Assembly (NCBI GenBank): GCA_965248055.1
Contig: CBDFIJ010000004.1
Span: 3,168,001-3,232,000, forward strand
Origin: Candidatus Multivoradales bacterium
GTDB lineage: Bacteria > Acidobacteriota > Thermoanaerobaculia > Multivoradales > JAHEKO01
Direction: 5' to 3'
Length of the DNA: 64,000 bases
Part shown: one piece after another, positions 37,652-47,349 of the stretch
Numbering within the stretch: position 1 is the stretch's first letter
How the letters are laid out: each line of letters starts with the position of its first letter
Program-made: the position numbers and the translations under genes
The notes under the pieces: model-generated
The model's database searches: none
The model's input: the letters and a program-made list of their open reading frames with translations, nothing else
What the model was told of the DNA's origin: nothing

Positions 37652-40378
37652 ATGTCTCCTGATCAAGCAAAGCTAACTCCTATGCTTCGCCATTACATGG
37701 CGACCAAAGCAGAACATCCTGATGCGTTGTTGCTCTATCGCATGGGGGATTTCTACGAGCTGTTTTTCGACGACGCCAAAGAGGCCGCGCCGATTCTGGA
37801 AGTTCAACTCACTGCGCGCCAGAAGGGGACGCCCAATGAGGCGCTGATGTGCGGTGTTCCGCATCACGCGGTCGAGGGTTATATCGCCAAACTGGTCCAG
37901 GCCGGGAGACGCGTCGCGGTCTGTGATCAAGTGGAGGACCCGGCCAAAGCGAAAGGCATGGTGCGGCGAGAGGTGACTCGCATTGTGACCCCGGGGACTG
38001 TAGTCGAACTCGAACAACTGGCTGCAGATCAGCACAATTATCTGGCGGCTTTGTCTTGGGACGGTGACTCTGGCGCCGGGGCTTTTCTTGAGGTGTCGAC
38101 CGGTCAGTTCCGGGTGCATCGCTGGCAGGATGCAGTGCAAGCGATTGAAGACCTGGCCTTGATCCGACCCCGCGAAGTATTGATTCAGAAGGACAGTCTG
38201 CCTGCCGCGGTTGTTGAGTTCGTCGAATCGCCGGCGACTCGATCAACCGATCTTGACACTGCGTTGCCCCAGGCGACTCGCGGTGCGGCGAGTGCCCTCA
38301 AACGCCACTTTGGAGTGGCGTCGCTGCGGGGTTTGGGGCTTTCCGACCGGGAGCCAGCAACCCAGGCTGCGGCTGCGGTTCTTGCATACGCCGCGGTGAC
38401 CCAGGGAGCGCAGGCCACCCACGTACAACGGCTGCGACTCAAGCAAGAATCTGGTTCTGTGGTTGATTCAACCACCTTGCGCAACTTGGAAGTGTTGCGC
38501 AATCTGCGCGACGGGGGGCGAGACGCGACCCTGTTGGCGGTTCTCGACCGCACCAAAACCGCGCCGGGTGCACGGAAACTGGGTGATTGGCTGCGCGAGC
38601 CGCTGCGATCCGTTGCGCAAGTGCGCTCGCGCCACGATGCGGTCAGCGATTTAGTGCGGGACTCAACGCGAGCCTCTGAAATTCAGGAACGTCTAGCAGC
38701 GGTGGGAGACCTAGAGCGCCTTGGGTCGAGGGCTGCGCTGGGCAGGATGACGCCGAGAGAAGCGGACGCGTTGCGCAGTTCGCTACAGCAGGTCCCGGTG
38801 TTACAAAGCCTGTGCGCCAGCGTCGACGCTGAGTTGGTTCAATCAATTGCCCAAGTCGATGAGCTGGCGGATCTGACGGTAGATCTGGAACAGACCTTGG
38901 CGGAAGATCCGCCGATTCAGATTGCGCAGGGAGGCGTGGTCGCCACTGGGGTTGATCCTGAGTTAGATCGTTTTCGCTCGCTCGCTGGATCGAGTAAGCA
39001 ACACTTGATGGAGCTGCAGCAGCGAGAACGAGAAGCCACCGGAATTAGTACCCTCAAGGTTCGGTTCAATCGGGTCTTTGGCTACTACCTGGAGGTCACC
39101 AGAGCCCAGCAAGATCGGGTGCCGGAGCACTATGTTCGCAAACAGACTCTGGTCAATGCCGAGCGCTACATCACGGAGGAGCTGAAAATCCTTGAGGAGC
39201 AGATTCTGGGTGCGGAAGAGCGTCAGATAGCTCTGGAACAGGAGTTGTTTGAACAATTGATTACGCGGGTGGGTGCTAGTGCTGGCGAACTTGCGGTGCT
39301 GGCGGATGCACTCTCTGATCTAGACGTCCTGGCAAGCTATGCCCAGGTTGCCCAGAGTCGAGACTATGTCCGTCCGGTGATGTTGGAAACGGGAGAGCCG
39401 ATCGAAATTAAAGACGGGCGGCATCCGGTGGTCGAAGCGGTGTCTACAGAGCCGTTCGTACCCAACGATAGCCACCTGGGTTCCGAGCAGCCGCGGATTG
39501 TGATTCTCACCGGTCCCAACATGGGTGGTAAGTCCACCTACTTGCGCCAAGTTGGCCTGATCTCGATCATGGCCCAAGCTGGGTGCTTTGTGCCAGCCAA
39601 GAGTGCTCGGCTGGCGGTGGTGGATCGGGTGTTCACCCGAGTCGGAGCCAGTGATGATTTAGCGCGTGGCGAATCCACGTTCATGGTGGAGATGATCGAG
39701 ACCGCGCGCATCTTGCATCAGGCGACCGGCAACAGTCTGGTGATCCTGGATGAGGTCGGTCGCGGAACGGCGACTTTCGACGGGCTGAGTTTGGCTTGGG
39801 CGATCGTCGAGTTTTTGCATCAGGTCTCCGGCTTGAAGGCTCTGTTTGCAACCCATTATCACGAGCTGACAGACCTGGCTCGAACCCTGGATGAGGCGAC
39901 CAATCAGACCATGGCGGTGCGCGAGTGGGAAGACCGGGTGGTGTTTCTGCGGCGGGTGATTGCCGGTAGTGCCGACAAGTCCTACGGGTTGCATGTCGCG
40001 TCGTTGGCGGGAATCCCGGAGCAGGTGGTACAGCGAGCGACCCAGATCCTGGAGGGTCTGGAACGATCTCAGTTGCGCCCTGGGGTTGACGGTACTTCCA
40101 ACAGCGCTAGCGGAACAACCGACGACGATGCCGTCGAGAGCAACGTCACCGGCAACGGCGCGGAGGGGGCAGGTTCATTCCCCGAAAGCCAAGATGTCGA
40201 ACTTCAACCACCCAGCCAACAGCGCCATCCGGTGGCGGACCAGTTGACGTTGTTTACCCCACCAGAAGAGATTGTCGCTTCCGTGTTGCGCAGTCTTGAC
40301 GCAGAGGCTTTGACCCCGCTCGCTGCGCTCAATCTGATCCACTCGCTGCAGGAACGGCTGCGCGGTGCCGGTGAATGA
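37652..40378 (+). CDS. mutS: DNA mismatch repair protein MutS
   Basis: TPM, RMGDFYELFFDDA, TGPNMGGKST, STFMVEM, DEVGRGT. Confidence 0.97.
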   Translation: MSPDQAKLTPMLRHYMATKAEHPDALLLYRMGDFYELFFDDAKEAAPILEVQLTARQKGTPNEALMCGVPHHAVEGYIAKLVQAGRRVAVCDQVEDPAKAKGMVRREVTRIVTPGTVVELEQLAADQHNYLAALSWDGDSGAGAFLEVSTGQFRVHRWQDAVQAIEDLALIRPREVLIQKDSLPAAVVEFVESPATRSTDLDTALPQATRGAASALKRHFGVASLRGLGLSDREPATQAAAAVLAYAAVTQGAQATHVQRLRLKQESGSVVDSTTLRNLEVLRNLRDGGRDATLLAVLDRTKTAPGARKLGDWLREPLRSVAQVRSRHDAVSDLVRDSTRASEIQERLAAVGDLERLGSRAALGRMTPREADALRSSLQQVPVLQSLCASVDAELVQSIAQVDELADLTVDLEQTLAEDPPIQIAQGGVVATGVDPELDRFRSLAGSSKQHLMELQQREREATGISTLKVRFNRVFGYYLEVTRAQQDRVPEHYVRKQTLVNAERYITEELKILEEQILGAEERQIALEQELFEQLITRVGASAGELAVLADALSDLDVLASYAQVAQSRDYVRPVMLETGEPIEIKDGRHPVVEAVSTEPFVPNDSHLGSEQPRIVILTGPNMGGKSTYLRQVGLISIMAQAGCFVPAKSARLAVVDRVFTRVGASDDLARGESTFMVEMIETARILHQATGNSLVILDEVGRGTATFDGLSLAWAIVEFLHQVSGLKALFATHYHELTDLARTLDEATNQTMAVREWEDRVVFLRRVIAGSADKSYGLHVASLAGIPEQVVQRATQILEGLERSQLRPGVDGTSNSASGTTDDDAVESNVTGNGAEGAGSFPESQDVELQPPSQQRHPVADQLTLFTPPEEIVASVLRSLDAEALTPLAALNLIHSLQERLRGAGE

Positions 40379-40412
40379 GAGGGCGGGGAGTGAGAGTCTG
40401 TTCGCCGCGAAT

Positions 40413-40856
40413 CTAGAACGGGATATCGTCGTCCACCGGGTCTGAAGCTTTGGGCGCGGCTTGTCCGCCGCCTTGGGAGGCACCCTGGCTGCCGCCCTTG
40501 TTGCCGCCTTGGCCGCCACCGGAGTCGCTTCGGGATCCCAACATCTGGAAGTTGTCGCAGATCACCTCGGTGCGGTACTTCTTTTCGCCCGACTGCTTGT
40601 CGTCCCAGGAACGCGTCTGTAGCCGACCCTCGATGTAGACCTGTCGCCCCTTGGTCAGGTACTGCCCGGCGATTTCCGCCTGGCGACCCCAGCAGACAAT
40701 GTTGTGCCACTCTGTTTGCTCTTGCTTGTTACCCTCACGATCCTTCCACCGACGAGTGGTCGCGACCGAAAAAGAAGCCACAGGTTGCCCAGAAGGAGTG
40801 GAACGGACTTCTGGGTCACGGCCCAGGTTGCCGACGAGAATTACTTTGTTGATCAT
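40413..40856 (-). CDS. ssb: Single-stranded DNA-binding protein
   Basis: [15 protein letters not shown]-terminal DDDIPF. Confidence 0.97.
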   Translation of the reverse strand: MINKVILVGNLGRDPEVRSTPSGQPVASFSVATTRRWKDREGNKQEQTEWHNIVCWGRQAEIAGQYLTKGRQVYIEGRLQTRSWDDKQSGEKKYRTEVICDNFQMLGSRSDSGGGQGGNKGGSQGASQGGGQAAPKASDPVDDDIPF

Positions 40857-41007
40857 GGCTGTTTTGCTCCGAAAATACCTACGTTCTTTGAATTGAGATG
40901 GTCAAACTCGCTGCCAATTACAACCGTCGTTTGCCTCTCGGGCTAAGCTACCACAGCGGTTTAGATCGTTATGGATCACCTGCCACTGGAAGAGAGAGAC
41001 GAGAACC

Positions 41008-41466
41008 ATGCGCATAGTCTTGCAGCGAGTCAGCGAAGCGAGGGTCTTGGTGGACCAGCGGGTGGTTGGCCAAATCGGTCGCGGTTTATTGCTGTTGGTA
41101 GGGATGGAGAAGGGGGATCAGCCGCAGGTGGTGAAACGTGCGGCAGCCAAGGTCGCTTCTCTGCGATTGTTTGCCGACCCTGCCGCACCTGCCGAGCACA
41201 AAACCAGGATGAACCTGGGAGTCGGCGAGATCGATGGAGAGGTGTTGGTGATCTCGCAGTTCACTCTAGCCGCGAATACCAATCGGGGTCGTCGGCCATC
41301 TTTTGATCGAGCGATGCCACCCGACTTGGCGCGCGAGCAGATCGATAAATTTGTTCGGCTGTTGCGAGAACAGCATCGACTCAACGTCGCTGAGGGTGAA
41401 TTCGGAGCGATGATGCAGGTCGAGTTGGTCAACCAAGGGCCGGTGACCCTGGTTCTGGATTTCTAG
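41008..41466 (+). CDS. dtd: D-aminoacyl-tRNA deacylase
   Basis: QRVSEA, SQFTL, GRRPSF, NQGPVT. Confidence 0.95.
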   Translation: MRIVLQRVSEARVLVDQRVVGQIGRGLLLLVGMEKGDQPQVVKRAAAKVASLRLFADPAAPAEHKTRMNLGVGEIDGEVLVISQFTLAANTNRGRRPSFDRAMPPDLAREQIDKFVRLLREQHRLNVAEGEFGAMMQVELVNQGPVTLVLDF

Positions 41467-41504
41467 TCGGCACCTCCGAGCGAGGGTGACGTGTCTCAAG
41501 CAGT

Positions 41505-41750
41505 TCTTGTCATCCCGACGGGGTAGGTCAAGAGGCTAGGCAGATTTCATCGTCCCAGCGGGGTAGGTTGACTAGGTTTCGTCCTCCCGGCGCGGGAGGT
41601 TGAGTAAGTTTCGTTACCCCAGAGGGGAAGGTTAAGTACATCTCGTCATCCCGGCGGGGGGGGAGGGTGTGGGGCCGGGATCTGGTTCGGATCAAGACCC
41701 TCTGCAAAATAGGTCTGCGCCGCGCGAAATCCCCTGGTGCCGGGACGACA
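41505..41750. repeat. Degenerate ~32-bp tandem array of REP-like units
   Basis: Five units starting T(T/C)T(C/T)GTCATCCC-like + GGGGTAGGTT-like; the last closes as GTCATCCCGGC...GCCGGGATCT. Confidence 0.65.
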
Positions 41751-41768
41751 TTGGCGCTCCTTCTGGTC

Positions 41769-42746
41769 TTAGGGCAGCAAGTTAATGGTTGCTAGGGGCA
41801 CTAAGGTCCAACTAATCGCGAACATCAATACCGCTAGGACAGCGACCCAACGGCGCCTGGCGTCCAGCCCCTCACGCGGGTCCACCACCGGTGGATGGCG
41901 CAGGCGCATCACCGCGGTCAACCCGGCCCACACCCACCAGCCGGGCCACCACCAACCCGCGATCAGTAGCCCGAGCCAAAATATTCGGCTGGCTCTTGGG
42001 TAGTGGCAAGGGCTCAGGGCGTAGAGCGCGTGCCCGCCGTCGAGCTGCGCCAGCGGCAGCAGGTTGAGGCCGGTAACCAGTAGACCAACCCACGCGGCCA
42101 GTGCGAAGGGGTGCAGATTGACCATTTCACCGACCGGAATCGGCCCGTGGAAAGCACTCAGGACCAGTTTCACCAGCGGCGACAGTCCGGGCTGCAGCAA
42201 GCTGATCTCCGTCGGTTGCGTGGTGAGATGGACTGCCGCATAAGAGGATCGTGCGGCTCCGAACACCAAAAACGGCAGCAACACGACAAACCCGGCGAAC
42301 GGGCCGGCGAGCCCGATATCAAAGACTTGGCGACGGGTACGCATGCGGTCGCGGATGCGGATAAACGCGCCCAGGGTGCCGAGTGCCACCGGCAGTGGCA
42401 AGAAAAACGGATAGGAAGTGTCGATTCGGTAGTAACGACAGGCGACCAAATGTCCCAACTCGTGGGCTCCGAGAATGGTTAGCGCGGGAATGGAAAAGGA
42501 CAACCCCAGCCGCAACAGCGCCGGATCGCTCCACACCGCACGCACAGTGGCTATCGAGAGCCAGGGTAGCAAGCTGGTGGTGGCGTCAGTGCGTACCGCC
42601 ACCGACCAGATAGCGCCTAAGGTAGTGGTGGTGAAGGCGGTAACGGCGAATAGTCCCAGGGCAACCGCCAGCCCGGTCCAGGTTGGTCCGGTTGGGGAAG
42701 TCTTTCCGGGGGAAAACTCCCCATTCCCCGAGTCCGCAGAGGTCAT
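41769..42746 (-). CDS. Site-2 protease (M50) family protein
   Basis: HELGH, LNLLPLAQLDGGH. Confidence 0.92.
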   Translation of the reverse strand: MTSADSGNGEFSPGKTSPTGPTWTGLAVALGLFAVTAFTTTTLGAIWSVAVRTDATTSLLPWLSIATVRAVWSDPALLRLGLSFSIPALTILGAHELGHLVACRYYRIDTSYPFFLPLPVALGTLGAFIRIRDRMRTRRQVFDIGLAGPFAGFVVLLPFLVFGAARSSYAAVHLTTQPTEISLLQPGLSPLVKLVLSAFHGPIPVGEMVNLHPFALAAWVGLLVTGLNLLPLAQLDGGHALYALSPCHYPRASRIFWLGLLIAGWWWPGWWVWAGLTAVMRLRHPPVVDPREGLDARRRWVAVLAVLMFAISWTLVPLATINLLP

Positions 42747-42755
42747 GGGAGTGGT

Positions 42756-43022
42756 TTAGACGCTACGTAGAAACTTGCCGGGCTTAAATCGGACTGTCTT
42801 TCCGGGCTGAATTGAGACCTCGACACCGGTGCGAGGGTTGCGTCCGATGCCACGCTTTCTTTCCTTAACTTGGAACACTCCGAAGCCGCGCAACTCGATA
42901 CGACGCCCTTGAGAAAGCGCGTTGCGCATTGCCTCGAGCACGGTATCTACGGTTGTCACGGCCTGTGCGCGAGGTAACTCCGCCTGCTCAACAATGCGGT
43001 CAACGATGTCTGCTTTGATCAC
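42756..43022 (-). CDS. HU/IHF-family DNA-binding protein
   Basis: IELRGFGVF, GRNPRTG, FKPGK. Confidence 0.93.
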   Translation of the reverse strand: MIKADIVDRIVEQAELPRAQAVTTVDTVLEAMRNALSQGRRIELRGFGVFQVKERKRGIGRNPRTGVEVSIQPGKTVRFKPGKFLRSV

Positions 43023-43276
43023 GAAATTTCACCTATTTGGGTTGGCTCAAACAGTCGGAGGTGATGCTAGCACACGGCTATTTGATCCTAACCGATGGGG
43101 CTGGCATGGGTTATGCAAACTTTGAGAATTAATAAGCTGTGAAGCGGGGAGGCCGCACTTCTTATTTTTCCATTCTTTGCGGACTCTGCGGAGTTCGCTC
43201 CCAATTCCTGCCCCGCTCTCCCGATTCGCTCGGGGGTCAAGCCAATAAATGGCTCACCAATTTTAGCGGCCTCTCT

Positions 43277-43311
43277 GAAATGCTCTCCTTCGGGAGGGCA
43301 TTTCTACTTTC
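43277..43311 (+). terminator. Hairpin with cUUCGg loop, terminator-like
   Basis: GAAATGCTCTC-CTTCGG-GAGGGCATTTC followed by TACTTT. Confidence 0.55.
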
Positions 43312-43371
43312 ACGCTGGGCACCATGGCCGACTAGGTGTCACTAATCAAGTACAGTTTTGCCGGAGAGGTC

Positions 43372-44623
43372 TGACCTAGATCAAACACCTGTGAGACAGA
43401 GTCGTTAGTCGCCGAGGCTGTGGGGGATGTGGGAATCTCGTGAGAGATTTCCAAGGGCTGTGGGAAGGCAAGCGTAGCTGGCTTTGCACCAGCCCATCAT
43501 CATCCACAGCCTTGACAAGTAAAAAGGGGGCCAAGATCCTTCGGGTCTATCGAATAACCCAAAACGAAGGGAGGCCCCCAGATGCAAATCGTCGCACTCG
43601 ATCGCAGTATCTACAAGTACTACCGTGAAGACATCGTTGTCTTAAGCTCTCAGGCTCGTGATCGGCTGCGCTTGGTTGCGAGCTTCGAGCAACTACGCGA
43701 CAAGGGGATCTCGGGTGAAGAAGCAGCTCAGATCTTGGGCAAGAGTCGAGCTACCCTTTACCGCTGGCGCAAACGCCTTGAACGTGGCCCCCGACATCTA
43801 GAACCGATCTCAAGCCGACCCAAACGGGTGCGTAAGGCTGACTGGTCACCTGAACTGGTACAGAGAGTCGAAAGTCTTCGTCGAGACTTTCCTGCCTGGG
43901 GCAAGGAAACCCTAGCGCCGCTGATCCAGGGCGAGGGCTTTGAGGTATCAGAAGCCACTGTCGGGCGTATCTTGCGCAAACTAATGGATCGAGGGGTAAT
44001 CCACCGGGTACGCTACCGGCGCCAGAAGTACAAAAACTCCCGGCGTATGCGCCGGCTCCACGCTCAGCGACTGCCGAAATGGTGTCCCCGACCAACGCGC
44101 CCTGGCGAGCGACTGCAGATCGACACGCTGCATCTGGTCCCTGCTCCAGGCAAGTGGCTCAAACACTTTTCAGCCTCCTGTCCGGTCAGCCGGTGGACAG
44201 TGGGAGAGATCTATCAACGTGCCACTTCTCGCTGTGCAGCACGCTTTCTAGACAAAGTCATTGCCGAGTGTCCGTTTGACATCACCTCGATCCAAGTGGA
44301 CGGTGGTAGTGAATTTATGGATGAATTTGAGAAAGCCTGCCGAGATAGAGGCATCACCCTCTATGTGCTGCCGCCAAAGAGTCCGAAGCTCAACGGCACC
44401 GTCGAACGAATGCAGGAAACCTGGAGAGGAGAGTTTTATGAAATGTATGAGCTACCCGATACTGTCTCGGCTTTGAGACCTTACATCCAGAGATTCCAGG
44501 ACCTCTACAACACCTACAGGCCGCACAAGAGCTTGAAAAGAAAACCCCCGGCAAGGTACCTTAGAAAACTCGACCCAGGGGTCGTGCTCCCGCCAACTGT
44601 CTCAAAGGTACTGATCTAGGACA
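43372..44623 (+). mobile_element. Intact IS481-like element type A (1252 bp)
   Basis: Ends TGACCTAGATCAAACACC / (rc) TGTCCTAGATCAGTACC; 5-bp direct repeat AGGTC. Confidence 0.9.
43582..44619 (+). CDS. IS481-like (HTH + rve) transposase
   Basis: SRATLYRW, QIDT, VDGGSEF, NGTVER. Confidence 0.92.
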   Translation: MQIVALDRSIYKYYREDIVVLSSQARDRLRLVASFEQLRDKGISGEEAAQILGKSRATLYRWRKRLERGPRHLEPISSRPKRVRKADWSPELVQRVESLRRDFPAWGKETLAPLIQGEGFEVSEATVGRILRKLMDRGVIHRVRYRRQKYKNSRRMRRLHAQRLPKWCPRPTRPGERLQIDTLHLVPAPGKWLKHFSASCPVSRWTVGEIYQRATSRCAARFLDKVIAECPFDITSIQVDGGSEFMDEFEKACRDRGITLYVLPPKSPKLNGTVERMQETWRGEFYEMYELPDTVSALRPYIQRFQDLYNTYRPHKSLKRKPPARYLRKLDPGVVLPPTVSKVLI

Positions 44624-44628
44624 AGGTC

Positions 44629-44679
44629 TTGATAATCGTACAGGCATGGTTTATTATCCGCTTATCCGGATTAGCGGAT
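44629..44679 (+). promoter_or_regulatory. Sigma70 promoter with overlapping palindromic operator upstream of sahR
   Basis: TTGATA-N17-TATTAT; ATCCGCTTATCCGGATTAGCGGAT near-perfect 24-bp palindrome overlapping the -10 box. Confidence 0.7.
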
Positions 44680-44683
44680 TGGA

Positions 44684-45706
44684 ATGAATCTAACGGCAAC
44701 ACCTGACATAGAGAATGGAATGAGCGCATCGACACCAGCCAGCGGTACGCCAGCCAGGGCGATTGCGCGCTCCGAGGCCCTCTACTCGCGTCTCGCTGAC
44801 CTGGCGGATCCGACCCGTACCCGGCTGCTGTCGATTCTGGATCACGGGTCATTTACCGTGGCCGAATTGACTGTGATCTTGGAGTTGCCTCAGTCGACCG
44901 TCAGTCGGCACCTGCGCATCTTGGTCGACGGGAATTGGGTATCCATTCGGCGCGACGGACCCCGTCGTTTCTACTCATTGTCCTTGTCCGAAGAAGGGGT
45001 GGAATCACAACTGTGGAGTCTGCATCGGCGCGAGTTTTCAAGCACCGCGACCTGTACCGCAGATGCCGAACGGATGGCCCAAGCACTGGAGGCCCGTCGA
45101 GCTCATTCTCAGGCTTTTTTCGACCGCAGTGTTGATCGCTGGGACGAAGTGCGTACCCGAATCTTCGGTTCCGATGTCGAGTTGGGCGCAGCGCTTGGGC
45201 TATTGAACCGCGATTGGACTGCCGCTGACCTGGGGTGCGGTACCGGCAAGACCACGGTTGCTCTGGCTCCGTTTGTCCAACATGTGGTCGCGGTCGATGC
45301 CAGCGCCGCGATGTGTGCGGCGACTCGTGCCAGAGCACTGAGGCATTCCAATGTGGAAGTGCGCAACGGACGGCTGGAAGCCCTGCCGATCGACGCCGCA
45401 ACTCTCGACATCGCATTGCTGGTCTTGGTGCTGCATCATGTCGCCGAGCCGTCTGCGGTCTTAGCTGAAGCAGCCCGGGTGCTTCGTCCAGGTGGACGCT
45501 TGTTGGTGATGGAGATGCAGGCACACAACCGCGAAGATTTGGTCGAGCGTATGGGACATGTGTGGAATGGGTTTGAAGCCCAACAGTTGAGAACCTGGGG
45601 CCAGAAAGCGGCGCTGCGTGAAATCGATAGCGTGCGTCTCCCAGCGCGATCGGATGTTGATGGCCCGCCGCTATTTTTGTGGATTGCCGAGCGGATCGAT
45701 GCGTGA
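44684..45706 (+). CDS. ArsR-HTH + SAM-binding methyltransferase-fold regulator (SahR-like)
   Basis: LADPTRTRLL, QSTVSRHL, DLGCGTG; directly upstream of ahcY. Confidence 0.88.
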   Translation: MNLTATPDIENGMSASTPASGTPARAIARSEALYSRLADLADPTRTRLLSILDHGSFTVAELTVILELPQSTVSRHLRILVDGNWVSIRRDGPRRFYSLSLSEEGVESQLWSLHRREFSSTATCTADAERMAQALEARRAHSQAFFDRSVDRWDEVRTRIFGSDVELGAALGLLNRDWTAADLGCGTGKTTVALAPFVQHVVAVDASAAMCAATRARALRHSNVEVRNGRLEALPIDAATLDIALLVLVLHHVAEPSAVLAEAARVLRPGGRLLVMEMQAHNREDLVERMGHVWNGFEAQQLRTWGQKAALREIDSVRLPARSDVDGPPLFLWIAERIDA

Positions 45707-45808
45707 TCCTCGAACGACAGAGACTGGAACGATAGAGACTAGATAGAACGAAGTTAGTAACCAGAACTGGAAATCAAGACGAAATAGATCTTAGGAGAGA
45801 CAGAGAAA

Positions 45809-47320
45809 ATGACCACCATGACTCCCGCGGTAGATTCCGCAACTCATCCGTTCGATGCTGCCCGAGAAATCAATCACGAGCCATTTCGGGTTGCCGATTT
45901 GAACCTGTCCCCTCGAGGGCGTGACGAAATTCGTTTGGCCGAGCACGAAATGCCAGGGCTGATGGCGCTGCGTGAGCGCTTCGGTGAATCCAAGCCACTC
46001 TCCGGAGTCCGGGTGATGGGCAGTTTGCACATGACGGTGCAGACCGCGGTGTTGATTGAAACCCTGGCTGACATCGGCGCCGATGTGCGCTGGGTCTCGT
46101 GCAACATCTTTTCAACCCAGGATCATGCCGCTGCAGCGATTGCGGTGGGCCGGGAAAAAGACGGTGGCAGCATCGACAACCCGCGGGGCATTCCGGTGTA
46201 CGCCTGGAAGGGCGAAACTTTGGAAGAGTATTGGTGGTGTACCTCGGAAGCTCTGCTGTGGCCTGATGGGGAAGGGCCCGACCTGATCGTCGATGACGGT
46301 GGCGATGCCACTCTGTTGGTACACAAAGGCGCGGAGTTTGAGGCTGCTGGGTCGATTCCTTCCTTTGACGCGGAAACCGAGCCAGAGGAGTGGGGCGTGA
46401 TTTTGCAGACGCTGCGCGCTGAGCTGACCAATCGACCTCAGCGTTGGACCCGTGCAGTCGAGCGTCTCTACGGAGTCAGTGAGGAAACCACCACTGGCGT
46501 CCACCGTCTGTACAAGATGGAAGAGGACGGTGAGTTGATGTTCCCGGCGATCAACGTCAACGACTCTGTGACTAAGAGTAAGTTTGACAACGTCTATGGC
46601 TGCAGGCATTCGGTGCTCGACGGCCTCAATCGTGCCACTGACGTGATGATCGGCGGCAAAGTGGCGGTGGTCTGTGGTTTTGGCGAAGTGGGCAAAGGCT
46701 GCGCCCAGGCGCTGCGCGGTCAGGGCGCACGGGTGATCGTCACCGAGATCGACCCGATCTGTGCGCTGCAGGCAGCGATGGAAGGCTATGAGGTCAAGCA
46801 GCTCGATTCGGTGGTGTCCGAGGCCGACATCTTCGTCAGCTCGACCGGCAACCGTGACGTGATCACTGCTGAGCATATGGCAGCGATGAAGGACAAGGCG
46901 ATCGTTTCCAACATTGGACACTTCGACAACGAAATCGATATGGCGGGTCTCAAGAAGATTCCTGGAATCGTGCGTCAAGAGATCAAGCCTCAATTTGACG
47001 AATGGACCTTTGAAGATGGTCACAGTGTGTTGATTCTGGCGGAAGGTCGGTTGATGAATTTGGGTTGTGCCACCGGTCACCCGAGTTTCGTGATGTCGAC
47101 CTCGTTCACCAATCAGGTGCTGGCGCAGATCGAATTGCACGTCAATCGTGGCAAGTACCAGAACCGGGTGTATGTCCTGCCCAAGCATCTCGATGAGGAA
47201 GTCGCCCGGCTGCACATCGGTCAGTTGGGGGTTGAGTTGACCGAATTGACGACCGGTCAGGCGGACTACCTGGGGATCGATAAGGACGGTCCGTACAAAC
47301 CGGAGCACTATCGTTACTAG
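45809..47320 (+). CDS. ahcY: Adenosylhomocysteinase
   Basis: [43 protein letters not shown]. Confidence 0.97.
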   Translation: MTTMTPAVDSATHPFDAAREINHEPFRVADLNLSPRGRDEIRLAEHEMPGLMALRERFGESKPLSGVRVMGSLHMTVQTAVLIETLADIGADVRWVSCNIFSTQDHAAAAIAVGREKDGGSIDNPRGIPVYAWKGETLEEYWWCTSEALLWPDGEGPDLIVDDGGDATLLVHKGAEFEAAGSIPSFDAETEPEEWGVILQTLRAELTNRPQRWTRAVERLYGVSEETTTGVHRLYKMEEDGELMFPAINVNDSVTKSKFDNVYGCRHSVLDGLNRATDVMIGGKVAVVCGFGEVGKGCAQALRGQGARVIVTEIDPICALQAAMEGYEVKQLDSVVSEADIFVSSTGNRDVITAEHMAAMKDKAIVSNIGHFDNEIDMAGLKKIPGIVRQEIKPQFDEWTFEDGHSVLILAEGRLMNLGCATGHPSFVMSTSFTNQVLAQIELHVNRGKYQNRVYVLPKHLDEEVARLHIGQLGVELTELTTGQADYLGIDKDGPYKPEHYRY

Positions 47321-47349
47321 TCCGCAGGTTTAGCGGCACTGCTGTCTAG

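Noticed and set aside
41505-41750. CRISPR array
   Set aside because: Units are contiguous and degenerate, with no unique spacers and no cas genes
45710-45760. SAH/SAM riboswitch between sahR and ahcY
   Set aside because: Only short GAACGA(C/T)AGAGACT repeats are present; no recognisable aptamer consensus
46112-47308. 398-aa antisense ORF (and similar ones at 15392-16234, 31458-32411, 54314-55129)
   Set aside because: Shadow frames of well-supported GC-rich genes
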